Assembly (NCBI GenBank): GCA_951406725.2
Contig: OX597814.1
Location: 63,426,001-63,490,000, forward strand
DNA: 64,000 nucleotides
Direction of reading: 5' to 3'
Origin: Octopus vulgaris
Taxonomy: Eukaryota
The translations under genes were made by a program, and so were the position numbers. Below the pieces are notes generated by a model. It did no database searches. It had not been told where the DNA came from and saw nothing but the letters and a program-made list of their open reading frames with translations. Shown here in pieces: positions 41,260 through 53,986 of the stretch (the first letter of the stretch is position 1; each line of letters opens with the position of its first letter).

Positions 41260-41492
41260 TTATACTGAATCAGTCTTGTCAATTTCATCTTTAAGTTTTT
41301 CGGTTTCCTCATCTACTTCAATAACCTTCTTGGGTGGTAGTATAGCTAATTTCCCAAAAACGGATTGGTGTTTGTTTAAAAAGTTTTGGATGCTTGGGAA
41401 TTCGTAAACAATTTCACCAGTATGGTAGTTTGGAGGTTCAGTGGTATCTGTCTCAGGTAGTAAATGTTGCATCCCACGTTCAGTCAGTGTAC
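41260..41492 (-). CDS. SLC23A2: SLC23/NAT transporter, last coding exon (GTLTERGMQHLL...DKTDSV*)
   Basis: Acceptor tttacag| at 41493, phase 1. Continues LDNTIP-G-TxxERG, a conserved SLC23 C-terminal motif. TAA at 41260-41262. The symbol marks the family (SLC23A1/A2-like); orthology is not established. Confidence 0.9.
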
Positions 41493-41738
41493 CTGTAAAT
41501 ATTTTAAGAATGTCGGCTTTGAAAATAGTAAATTAATATATACTCACGATTTAAATTTACAACTGTTTCCTTGTTCATTCATCAATTTTAATTTATAAAT
41601 TATATTATGGATATATACTAAATATTTATTATTCAGAATATTAAAACAATAAAATAACTGTGCATTGAAATACAAAGGAAGGTCAGATAAATTAACCGAG
41701 AATAAAATATGCACATGTAAAAGTATCGAATTGAATAT

Positions 41739-41960
41739 GTATGTTAATCTAAAAGAAATACTCGAGCATCATCTTAATTTAACTCATCCATAAATTGTAA
41801 TCAGATGAACGATAAATATCTCACTGGGTATGGTGGATATTTCTTCAGCCCGGTAGACATAAGTGAGTTGTATGCTAATTTGAAAGAAATACTCGAGTAT
41901 CATCTTAATTTAACTCATCTATAAAATGTAATCAGATGAACGATATATATCTCACTGGGT
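41739..41960. repeat. ~91-bp direct repeat (41739-41830, 41870-41960) in an SLC23 intron
   Basis: aaagaaatactcgag.atcatcttaatttaactcatc...tctcactgggta occurs twice. Confidence 0.85.
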
Positions 41961-42394
41961 AGGTTATTAGGGTACTGTAGGTTTCAATGAATAAGTAAGT
42001 TGTTAAGAAGATAAATGGAAAAATATATCCTATGATATAAACAAATAATTTTTGTTCAGAAGATCCAATATCTTGTACATACAAACAATCATTTTGACCT
42101 CCATTAGAATGGAAATTCAAACACATCAAAACGCTAACATTTCCAAGAGTATATTTTTAAACTATGGCACCCGTTACATACAACATCTGTTACAATAGCC
42201 CAAATACATATACTTAAAGGTGAATATCATGTGAGCAAGCTGACAGAGTGTTTAATACTAGCCAAACGATCGGTGACCTATGTTAGTACTAATGATCTGT
42301 GTCCAGGTTCAAGATACTGATATGTCAATGGACAACTCAAGAACTTTAGTTGAGAGAATCAACTTCAGTAATTGTTTTTTAAATCTAGTATTTA

Positions 42395-42630
42395 TCCTAA
42401 CGGCTTATATCGGTGAACCGCCAAGTTACAGGGACATAAACGCACTAACACCGGTTGTCAAGAAGTGATGGGGCACAAACATACACAAAGACACAAACAG
42501 ACAAACATAAATATATGGTTTCCTTTCAGTTTCCGTCTGCCAAATCCCCTCACAAGGCCTTGATCGGTCCTAGACTATTGTAGAAGACACTTTCCCAAGG
42601 TGTCACGCAGTAGGACTGAACCCGGAACCT
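42395..42630 (-). mobile_element. SINE family A, partial
   Basis: gaaccgccaagttac...ccggttgtcaag...tttcagtttccgtct...gtagaagacact...ggactgaacccggaacc. Confidence 0.75.
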
Positions 42631-43892
42631 CGGTGGGAAAGAGATGAAAGTGAATAAGTTACCATTCGAAAAGAAAGACACATTGCGAAACATAAGTACA
42701 CTTCAGTACATTGGTAACTCTGAAGATAGATATTTTTGTTCAATATGATTTGTCTATTTATTACAATCAGTACTATCTAATGCTTTACGGATCTTAGAAT
42801 ACTGACACAATCTAAAGCTACAAACTTTTTAAATCATATGTACATAAGGACTGTAATGGAAATTATCCCCTCATAAAAGTGGTTGTAATAGGAGAAGGCT
42901 CTGGAGAGGTTATATAACAGTATTCACCGACGAGACATTTGATTGTATTGAATTCTGAAGTCCAGTGCAAATACTGTATTTATTAGCTTTCCATTTCCAA
43001 AAGAGAATAACATTAAGCTGATAACATATCTCTCAGTTTTCTGAGGTACTGGTTAAATCATTGATATTTCTTACTCTCAATATTTTCTTCCTAAATATTA
43101 ACAAAATATTCTCTATCCTTTCTCAACATACGAAGCCTTACAACCTATAAAGTATTTTACTATCACTGCGAAACAATATTAGCGTTAAAAGAACACTAAG
43201 TATAATCTTCTGGCATAATCTATAGGCAAATCTAGAATCTTGGTTTCAAGCTGAAAGTAACAGAGAAAACGAAACAGAATATAAAAATTAGTGTTCTAAT
43301 TATTTCTATAGTTTTAAGTATCGGAAATAACCACGGTCAATTTTAAGGTGGTAATTAAAAACATGCTAAGAGTTAGCTAGTACTATTTCTTGGCAGCGCA
43401 GATCAACGGGAATAACTTCGAAGTCGAGTAACTTAATAAACTTCATAGCCGGAAGTATAACTTTTACGTTTTGCTTAATATCTTTTTTACTCAGATAATT
43501 AAATTAGTAAATAATAAATGGTAACTTTATAGCGTTATTATCGCATGAAACCGTTATAGTAATTCAACTTCTGGAAAATAACGAAATTTTTCAGATATTG
43601 TTTTTCAAGTAGTTTATCTTATCATAAAAGTAGCTAGCTATGTGAAATATCTGTTTGAATTAGAATCTCTCTGAGTCTTAGAATCTCTCCGTGTTAAATA
43701 ATTTAAATCTTACCTACAATGAAAGAATACCTTCATAGGCAATCAGCTCCTTTGTAAGGAAACAGACAATTCATTATGAAGCAGTGCGCCGCTCTGGATT
43801 TAATGTTATTAAATAGATGATAGTTGTTCTTTTTTAGGATTGAATGCTAAGCAATGACAGATACTGATGTCAATATTTTGTTTAATATCTAA

Positions 43893-44262
43893 GGCGGCGA
43901 GCTGGCAGAAACGTTAGCACGCCGGGTGAAGAGCTTAGCGATATTTCGTCAGCCTTTACGTTCTGAGTACAAATTCCGCCGAGGTCGACTTTGCCTTTCA
44001 TCCTTTCGGGGTCGATAAATTAAGTACCAGTTACGCACTGGAGTCGATATAATCGACTTAATACCTTTGTCTGTCCTTGTTTGTCCCCTCTATTTTTAGC
44101 TCCCGTCTGTCTTAACGTTCTGAGTTTCAAATTCTGCCGTGGTCGACTTTGCCTTTCATCCTTTCGTAGTCAATAAATTAAGTACCAATTGCGTACTGGT
44201 ATCGATCTAATTCACTAGCCCCTCCCCCAAATTTTCGAGTCTTGTGTCTAGAGTAGAAAAGA
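43893..44262 (+). mobile_element. SINE family C, well-preserved copy plus a tandem partial copy
   Basis: Head GGCGGCGAGCTGGCAGAAACGTTAGC, B-box-like GAGTACAAATTCC, and core GTCGACTTTGCCTTTCATCCTTTCGGGGTCGATAAATTAAGTACCAG. Confidence 0.85.
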
Positions 44263-44945
44263 ATATTTTTTTTAATATCTGCGGGCATATTAAATGAAAT
44301 TGTCTTTTCTAGATATAACAATAAAACTTCTGCGATGGTTTTGAAATGCCGAATTATCACGCTTGTGCCTCATTTATTCTTGTTCTTTTTACCTACTGAT
44401 GAAGACATCAGCTATAATGACAGGTAATTTCGCTGAAAGCTACAATTTCAAATTTCATCTGTGTGCCACGTAAACCGAAATACAGCAAGCCTGTCATGGG
44501 AGAACGGAAGTCAAATTACTTAAGACCTAAACATAACGACACATTGCTCACTTAATGTGGATACATTTATTACCGAAATATTTCGACCTTTGAAAAATAT
44601 ACTAAACTAAAACCATCTTGTCGAACATACTTGCTGGTTAACCAAGAGATGTCCTTGTTCTCTGTACAAAGTACTGCCACTACTTGTAGGTGGCAGCTAC
44701 TCCACAGTATGCGTTTTTATCGTGAGTGTTTCACGGGCCCAATACAGGTTACAAAATATAAATTACCGACATTAATAATAAGTCGGATAACATTATCTCC
44801 GCACAAGTTAAAACAATAAAAAAATACTTTCGCTTTCGCTGTATCACAGTATAGTTTCAGTGATGAGATTTTAACATGCTCATTATAGACAAGTGAATTG
44901 ACTGAAGCTATTGAGTTATAGACGTTTAATAATTTATATACATAC

Positions 44946-45041
44946 CTGGTATCGTGTTGTCTAAGAAGATAGCCGCTAATGTTCCAACAAAGGTTTGAGT
45001 TCCCAGAACAATTTTTAATACTTGATCTAGCTCAAAATTAC
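44946..45041 (-). CDS. SLC23A2: SLC23/NAT transporter exon (GNFELDQVLKIVLGTQTFVGTLAAIFLDNTIPG)
   Basis: ttttgtag| ... |gtatg, 96 nt, phase 1-1. Contains the conserved LDQ..VL.T..FVG...FLDNTIPG motif. Too short for the ORF track. Confidence 0.93.
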
Positions 45042-46696
45042 CTACAAAACGAATTGAAAAATAAGCAAGCACGCATTATCACTTGAAGTAAATGAATGTA
45101 ATTACAATGACTTTAAACATCTAGAACATACGCCACTCTCCGATATTTTTCGAATTTTCAGTATTATCTCTGAAGCTACAAGAGTGTGATAGTCAAATTC
45201 CTTAACCTAGAAATTATGCTATTTTAAACAAATCACCTTCCATAGGAGCGTAAGTGCATACCACGTATCGAACTGGGTTTCTTATTTGATTTTACAATGA
45301 AATACTACTTTCAGTGTCATTCACTCGCAGTTTGGATTTCTGGACATTATAAACAACTGAATTATAAGCATTTTAACCTAAGCTGCCATCTTGTACATAA
45401 TATTCAATTGATCCTTGCTGGCATTGAGCGAAGTTCACTATTAAATGTATTTGGGACAGATCAGGATTTAATTTCACTATCTTCTGGTACACGTAAGGCG
45501 GCGAGTTGGTAAATCGTTGACGTGCCGGACAAACTGATTAGCAACATTTTTGTCGGCTTTACGTTCTCGGTTCAAACGCCACCGAGGTAGACTTTATGCC
45601 ATTGATCCTTCTGGAGTCGGTAAAATAAGTACCAGTTGATGTAATGGACATACTCTCTTCTTTAAGATCACTGGCATTGTGCCCTTATTTTCTGGTACAC
45701 ATGTTGGATGATTATGTTTATCTACTGAATTCATTGCGAAATTCGTCCTGCTGTCTACATTTATCTGGAAAGAGAAATCAGTTTTCCTTCGTCAGGTCAC
45801 AATAGCACAACAGATCGTGTTGGCGACGTAACTGAAGATACACACATTTCTATTTGGCCAATCTTTCATCTTGAAAGGTTGGTGATAGTGAAGAACATTA
45901 CCTGAATTAAAGGGTATCTTTCTAAGCATGCGCTTGTTGGGCAGGAAATAAACCCTAAGAGAGGGAAATCCCTCTGGTCTGGTTAATAAAAAATCTGAGA
46001 CTTCCCTTGGTTTACCCCTGGCAATGGTTCCTATAGAAGGGTATTTCCTTTGTTGATATTCTTCTTATAATTGTGTGATTTTTCTTCTTCTAAGCCCCCG
46101 CATGCTTTTTATCTTTTATTTGTATTGCCCTCATTGGTTTTGAGGCTAAAAGATAAATCATCATCATTATCCTTATTGTTGTTGGTTATAATGTTGTTGT
46201 TTTTGTCGCTGTTGTTGTTGTTGTTAAGATCAATGGATGGAAGCTTTCACAGCATAGTGAATATATATTTTAACTCATTAAATATTGTTCGTTTACAATC
46301 TAAGTTCAAATTCTGGCGTGTTGGGTTTGCCTGCCTTCCCTCTAGTGTTGATAAATACTAGTCATCTAGTGGCATCCATATAGTTACTTGTACGTCTCCC
46401 CAATTTTAGTGCCAATGTTCGACATTTTTATTATACTTCATCTGAGAGTCTGAATAAAAAAATATTGTTTCCTAAACTTCATTTTCCTCAGAAATTCTGG
46501 ACAGGTACAGTCACATAAAGAGAAAAGATCACATCACTGTCTTTTGTTTCAATAGCTCTTGAGAATCAGCCTCAACAGGATTCCAATTTAGAACTTAAAT
46601 GAATTAACTAAATAACACATAGTATCTTGTCTGATGCCCTACAATTTATGCTAATCCACTTCACCTTTGAATGAAAAACGTCAATTAGATTCTTAC

Positions 46697-46967
46697 CTGT
46701 ATTAATGTCATTTGGATATGTGTAAAGCCATGATGAGGAAACCCAACTCAAACCCAATGCAGATCCAATAATCAATGTATTGCGTGCGTTTAAAGCTGTC
46801 TTTTGCAGATTGGTGAGACCTACTGATAACATCATAGTAAGCCCAGTGAAATTGATGGCTCCCACTACAGGATCTGGAATTGTAGCTAAAGAAGCAGCCA
46901 CTTTACCCAATATCGCCATGATAATAACCATAACACCTGCTATGTTCAATACAATACGACTTGCAAC
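46697..46967 (-). CDS. SLC23A2: SLC23/NAT transporter exon (VASRIVL...GKVAASLATIPDPVVG...GLTNLQ...RN..IIG...INTG)
   Basis: ttttag| ... |gtaag, 271 nt, phase 0-1. Confidence 0.95.
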
Positions 46968-47319
46968 CTAAAACATAGATTAGAGAAAAAATAGTTTGGA
47001 TTGGTTCGTTGTGAGAAAGAAATATAATGACATACTTGCTACAATACTGTGTGCCAGAGTAACATGGCAGCAGTGCGATTACGTCAAGATTAAAAACGAT
47101 ATGATACACCCGTATACTTTATATTATTTTCGGTAAGAGATCAACGTCCTATCGCTAACAATATCTTTTATTAGATCTCAAATCCCTGCCTATTCCTTAC
47201 ATCATGTTAAAATCATTTTCGAACTAACAGCTAATTTTATCTTTAGTCACACCTCAATCCTTCCCATTACATTAGTTTGTTAGTGTATATGTGTGTGCGT
47301 GCGTTTGTACATACATATA

Positions 47320-47395
<76 letters not shown>

Positions 47396-47449
47396 GTAAG
47401 GATATATATATATATATGGATATATATATATATATAAGGATATATATAT

Positions 47450-47759
47450 TGAGAAGGATCCACTAAAAGAGCCTCTACATAATGCCTTGCCCTGCAAGAA
47501 AAGATATACACTCTTTTACACAACGAAGGTCATAACATATTAGATCCATTCTGTCAAGCGCACACACACACATATATACACTAACAAACTACCACTCGGA
47601 AGGCCTCCACCGGGGGGGAGTTACGATTTTAGGAGGACGATTGGGATCACGTGGAAGAGAAAGGCTCGATCCAGAGAGGAGTGGACAGCTTGCTGTGACC
47701 AGCAGTGTCAAATGGACGCTCGACGGACTGGTCGGTCAAGGTGACCAAGGAGATATGAG

Positions 47760-47797
<38 letters not shown>

Positions 47798-48355
47798 AAC
47801 ACCCCCCACATGCACAAGTACACAAAAATATATACGCTCATACAGATATAGATAATCTTCTATTATAAATATACCGTCTCCTCTCCTAATGGCACTTGAA
47901 TTCGAACATCTAAAATACTAGAATGCAGGTGGCATTTATCAGATATTTCCTGCTCTATTTAGTGTCCTTTGCTCCTAAAGTCCAGGCGAAATTATTGACA
48001 CAGAAGTATAACCAGTTGTGTTTCTACAGACAATGAGGTTCATATTTTGTTTTTCCATTCAAACCATACTGTAAATTCGAAATCTTTTCCTAGGATTGTA
48101 TACTATTTTATAATTATTGCATTTGAAATAAATATTTACATATGAATGTGTGTTTATACGTACTTTTGTTTACTCGTATGTAAGAGTTACTAGATTAGAA
48201 TTTTGATCAAAGTCACACCTTCCAGCATATTTTGGGACGGATAGAATGGATCTCATATTTTATGATCCTGAGTGATCTTCGTTATGTAAAATAGTGTATA
48301 TCTTTTCTTGCGGGGCAAGGCATTATGTTGAGGCTCTTTTAGCAGATCCTTCTCA
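47450..48355. repeat. Intronic inverted repeat, arms 47450-47555 and 48240-48355
   Basis: TGAGAAGGATC..AAAAGAGCCTC.ACATAATGCCTTGCCC.GCAAGAAAAGATATACACT is present in both orientations, about 90% identical with one 10-nt indel. Confidence 0.9.
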
Positions 48356-48436
48356 AAGGAAATAAAACTAAGTTTTTGTCCAATTCAAATAAAATGTACT
48401 CAATTCTGTTACTATTCATGAATAAATTTGTCTTAC

Positions 48437-48690
48437 CTTTGTTATACCAATAAGGGCAATGTGTGTGCTGTACGAAGTTGTTGCGTGGGAAGCACCCATA
48501 AATCCAGCTAGTACACCCGCTAGACCTTCAGAAAACAGCCCGCGGTTAATTGCATGTCTCGGAGGTGGGGGTACGGCACATAGTTGTGAGGCAGCGTAGT
48601 AATCACCCATAGATTCAATGATTGAATTTATTGTCGATAGGAGAAATCCGAGAAAAATAGCTATTTGGAATTTAGGTGGTCCATACTGAC
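48437..48690 (-). CDS. SLC23A2: SLC23/NAT transporter exon with substrate-binding TM8-TM10 (GQYGPP...IESMGDYYA...HAINRG...TTSYSTHIALIGITK)
   Basis: ttttcag| ... |gtaag, 254 nt, phase 1-0. IESxGDYYA and PPPPxHAINRG are SLC23 hallmarks. Confidence 0.96.
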
Positions 48691-49331
48691 CTGAAAAGTA
48701 AGTTCAAAACAGAATAGAAGAAAATATTATCCCACTTAAGAAACCAATTTCTTACATAGACGTATAGCTTTCAATCCGGCTGAATGCTGTCATGAATGTT
48801 TTACGACCATGATTCTTGAATGCTACTTTATGTCATCGACACCGCAAGGATGAAAAGCAAAATTGAGGCCAGTTGGAATTGAACTGAGTAAAGAGTTGTA
48901 ATTTATGGAAATCATAACATTTTGTCCGACTCCCTAATATTTTACAATCTTCTCACCTCTCTTAACTTCATTTTAAGATCTCAGTCATAAAATTGGAACT
49001 TTATACATGACAATATGACTTGTTATGAATTAATTGCTAAGATCTAAATATAAACTTTATTAAGAATAATGTTGCAAGTGACTTGACTGGAAACTATCGG
49101 TTGCCAGACATCCACGTTACCGTTTACACTATAATGCAGATATTGAGAAGAGGTTTCAATCCAGTTTGTCTACGGATTCATACACCTTTAAATTAGTAGT
49201 GACTGTCCGTTATTGGTATATAGTTAGAATGACTTTTGGTATTTCTTCAACAGCCACTGAATACAAATTTTCCTTGACTTCGCTCAGGGATGGTAAAGAA
49301 GGAACTAGTGTTCGCTCTTTCTTTCCTTCGT

Positions 49332-49362
<31 letters not shown>

Positions 49363-50064
49363 CTCTTTGTTTGCTTGTTTCTTTCTTTCTATCTTTCTTG
49401 TTATGCTTTCTTTCTTAATCAACTACACTCCACCCTTAGAAGTGTTGTTGGACACCACTCATTTCCTCAGATATGAAGGAGAATAACGTGAGCGGCAGAA
49501 ACCACTTTTCGCATAAAACCTAATATTCCACGGCTGTAATTTATAGCACGGGGATAGGCCGGTGTACAGTGTACAACGGTAATGTAAAGGAGCTCTGTAG
49601 TTAAGATAGTATCGCGGTTTTCTTACAGGCGATAACTGCGTAATCCGAGTAACGCTTGTTAGCATATTTCACATATGTGTCTTGAATCGGCATTTATAAT
49701 TTTTAATACGAGAAAGAGATGATTTTGTACTTTCTAATGCATTGGACACTTCTCAATATTATGATTTAATTGCTAAGATCTAACTATAAATAGTAGATAA
49801 CATAAGATCTAAAAATAAATAGTAGGTAACATAAGATCTAAAAATAAATAATAATATGGCGAGCTGGCTTAACATATATAACGGCCTCTTCAACCGTATG
49901 GAACTTGATTAGACTCACATAAGCTTTTGTGGCAATTTTATAAGTATTTCCAACAAAATGAGCGACTCGCGTGGAGGATTCTTCGCTAGATTATATTTTC
50001 AACAAACGAATATTTTGGGAGATTGAGCTAATGAAGGATACAGTGTTCTGCGAGGGTAACATTT

Positions 50065-50120
<56 letters not shown>

Positions 50121-50193
50121 TAATAATAATACTATTAACAACAACATCGAAAAATACCTTTCGAATGAGAACCCAGGTTCGAAATTTCCCCAA

Positions 50194-50231
50194 AACACCT
50201 GATGAAGTTATATCAGCCGAAACGTTGTGTT
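50194..50231 (+). ncRNA. Minimal hammerhead-like motif with a damaged stem II
   Basis: AACAC-CTGATGA-AGTTATATCAGCC-GAAACGTT-GTGTT. Stem I is a perfect 5 bp, the core is intact, and stem III is the loopless palindrome ACGT. Confidence 0.55.
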
Positions 50232-50279
50232 AACAACAGACAAAATGAGGACAAATATATGTCAAATTTAAATAATGAA

Positions 50280-50329
<50 letters not shown>

Positions 50330-50431
50330 GTATATATATACATAGCTATATACATTATGTATATATACCCGCTACGTATATATATGCCACACACACACAC
50401 GCATATATATATATACATACATCTTTATATA

Positions 50432-50466
<35 letters not shown>

Positions 50467-50519
50467 TTACATATGTGTGTGTATATGTGTGTGCGTGTGT
50501 AGGTATATATGTATATATA

Positions 50520-51156
50520 CGAAGAGAAGTCAAAAATTATCTGCATATTCGTGATTCCATATCTTTATTATTGTCACACTGTCTTCTGCGCATGCGTGCC
50601 TATAGTTGGTACTATTGTGGTCGTGTGATCACAAATTGAGCCTGATCGCACCATTTTTCTATCTGGTTCTACAGTGTAAGCAAGGCTGCTCCATTAACAA
50701 TGTACACCAAAGAAGAACAAAGAATAGCGATCATTACCATCTCTCGTGATAGTTGAATCTTCTCGTCAGTAGTGTAGGTTGATTGGCGTCCTGCTTCCTC
50801 TTCATGTCTGATGCTCGTCCACCTATTTATAAAGCTTTCGATCCACTTATACACACTTCTATGCGACAGTGCACTGTCACCGTATTCTGCTAAAAGCCTC
50901 CGATTAATTTCAGAACCTGACACACCTTCCGACCAGAAAAATCGAATCGCAGCTCTTTGCTTTACTTTGGTGTACATTGTTAATGGAGAGGCCATGCTTA
51001 CACTATAAAGCCAGATAGAAAAATCACGCGATCAGGCTCAAATTGTGATCACACGACCATAATAGTACCAACTATAGGCACGCATGCGCAGAAGGCAGTG
51101 TGACAATAACAAATATATGTTATGGTGAAGGTGCGGATAATATTTGATTTCCCTAC
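50520..51156 (-). mobile_element. Mariner-derived MITE-like element with two 5' ends (~210-bp inverted arms) and a transposase HTH fragment
   Basis: Arms ~50520-50731 and ~50945-51156 are reverse complements, and the element is TA-flanked. ORF 50669..50995 reads QRAAIRFFWSEGVSGSEINRRLLAEYGDSALSHRSVYKW, a mariner N-terminal HTH. Confidence 0.88.
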
Positions 51157-51211
<55 letters not shown>

Positions 51212-53745
51212 TATTTAATCATATATAAGGGAAATGCAATTTAATTAAAATTAAAACATTCAATCAAAATTTACATTTCCATGGCTATAACGAAAATATG
51301 TATCTATTAAGGTCAGGAATTTCTTTACCTAAATTTAATCCTTACATACAAGGAAAATGGTGGTGCAAATCATATAATTTCCCTAGGTCTATTTTTAGGT
51401 TTCGTTCTTATTTGAGTCGAAGTCTAGGTATGTTATCTTAATAAGGCCACTGTCGACTAGTCATTTATCATAGTAGAGGGCTGTCTAATCAAAAAATTTT
51501 CATGAAGTAGAGAGGTTACAAATTCAACTATTAATGTTAGCTATAATGTCGTAATGGACTACAGTGAATAGCATAATTCTTTGTATGTATACCTAAGTAT
51601 TGAAACTTGTTTATGTTAGAGCCTGTAAGTGTTTAACTCTAGGTCCGGGAAAGCATGTAAGAAATGAACTTTAGTGAGGTTTGTAGCTCTTGTGATTTTG
51701 AGACCTATATAGCTAAAGGCGGATATGAAGTTGTATATTCATGTATACATACGCATAATATGCATATATATATATCATACATCTATGCACTCGATGCAAG
51801 GAAATTGGATAATGTGTATACTATCTGCAAGTAAGTTTGCAAGATCAATATGATTCCATACAAATTAGTGTATAGAAAGTCTAATGCATGCAACATGTCG
51901 AATAGTGATTACCATATGGAAATTGCGTTGTAACAGTCTTTTGAAAAAAAATGCTTGCGGTAGGAAGTTATTGCAACCGACCTTGGTTTCATGCGGCATA
52001 GTTGTATCTGTGTATGTAGTACATCTACACAATGAGGAAAAGTATAGATACTGGTGTACAAATTTTACTAGCACTGGTGGAAATTTTAGTAATCAAAAAT
52101 TAGATGTTGTGAACTCTCTGTTTTTCTTCTATAACTGGGATCACAACAACTATAACTGGTGGTGTAATCGTTTATATAATTTCCGTTATATATGGCGCTA
52201 TCTTGATTTTTGTAAAAGACATATCTACATTTATAATTTCATAGGTTATCCTATGTCCTACTAAGCTAAACAGCACTCCATCGCTGCTATTGTGATACTC
52301 CATAGCTGATCGGATGCCCATCTTTGTTACATTTTCTGTTGCATTTTCTGGTGTGCGACACCTTTGCTTTGTGTCTACTGTTCGAACTACTCAAATCTGA
52401 GCTACATGCCTAGTAACATTGTCTTCTCTGTGTAGGATCATATACACTAACCTCGATTAGGTCCGCCCATTTATATGTCATCGGTCAAAGTTATACATTG
52501 GTCTGGGACGTAATGAAGCAGACACGACAGGAGTTGAAATAGACTCCGTAGAGGATTGTTCTGAAATAATATGTTGGCGACATTTTCATGAAGTGTTGGG
52601 TACTTTTAAAGGCGTATTTGTTGATTGGCCAGAAAATAGATAACATAGACCGCTGATGAATCCAAGTCTTACCAAGAGAGATGCTATTGCTATTGAAGAA
52701 ATTCTTACATCGATCTTTGAACCAGCAACTGATGGTTTAAGGAAGCAGTGGCAGCGACTAAGCTGGAGAGAGGCTCAGTTTCCAAAAAATTATGCTTCAA
52801 ATGTGTGGTTTATATTTTCTTCACTGTTACAACGAATATCACATGGGATATTGGATCAGGCTTAATCACTATTTCGTTATTGCAAGATCTTATCTATATA
52901 ACGATAGACAGGGATGCAGCTTATCAAGTATGTCGGATTGTTAGAGAGGTATTGATAGTTTGTTTTTCGCCTCTGCTGCATAATTCTCTGCAACTAAGGA
53001 GCTTAAGTCTCAAGCGACCCATTTCGTGGCATTACTTGTTTATAAGTCTGAATAAATCCTCGTTTGTTGTTAATAGAAATTATGACGCCTTACATTGTTC
53101 TTAATATATTGCTGTTTCTTTTCTCTAATTTAACGTTTTTGTTTTCATAAAGGCTTTGACGACAAACAGCTATTTTCTCTCTCAACGTACGCTTAAATCA
53201 GATAGAAGTTAAAGATAGGAGAAGTAAATTAAAAGAAAGGTCCATTAGAAATAGAGTCGACATCCATTTTGCTGCGAAATTACGACCATTTTGCAAGTAT
53301 AATGAATCAATTGCTCCGTGCATGACAGTGGGAATTTTTCTATAAGTAATCTGAATAAGAAGAAAATCGCTTGGCTGTAAAAAGTTCATTCTTGTATATG
53401 GAATTGAAATCTACATTGAAAAACAACAAAACTTATTATAGCTACTGGATTTACATTTATTTATTGTTGCTAACATACTGCGTCTTCTATATACTTAGCT
53501 AGTTGAAAATTTCATGTATTGCAGTTCGTAGACGTACCGATTTTAAAATACGAATCTTTTGGCAGATTTTTTTTCCAATATTTCACCACTTCCGTTATCT
53601 GCTGTCTCTATTTACAAGAATTTGCTTATATTGAATTCAAATATTTGAAAATTAAATACGTTATTTTTTTAATGTATTATATTTATACTATCCTATTTAT
53701 AGAAACTCTTTTCTTCATGATCAGTATATAAATAAGTTAAAATAC

Positions 53746-53902
53746 CTGGGTAAGGAAAGGAAAACCAGGGTGTTCTTTGTATCAAATCTATTTTGGTGTC
53801 TGTTCGAGCATTGAAGCTCCTTGAATTCGGGTCCAATGGATAATAATTGGTAACAGTAAAAATGTAACAGAGTATCCATCCAATACCAACAGCCAGTAGT
53901 AG
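53746..53902 (-). CDS. SLC23A2: SLC23/NAT transporter exon (LLLAVGIGWILCYIFTVT...ARTD...PWFSFPYPG)
   Basis: tttgtag| ... |gtattt, 157 nt, phase 0-1. ARTD and PWFxxPYP are conserved in SLC23. Absent from the ORF track. Confidence 0.95.
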
Positions 53903-53986
53903 CTACAAATAAATAAATAAATAAATAAATAAATTAATTAATTAATTAATAATATTAATAATAATAATAATAATAATAACAACAAC

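Noticed and set aside
20661-41960. Direct repeats (20661/21058, 28608/28753, 34668/34820, 41739/41870) as a possible CRISPR-like array
   Set aside because: Each has only two units of 90-220 bp, with no repeat-spacer periodicity and no cas genes, in a eukaryotic context.
45775-46060. CCTGACGAAGGAAAAC on the minus strand with weak PLE-like C-terminal residues upstream
   Set aside because: There is no stem II, and the protein resemblance is too faint to support a call.
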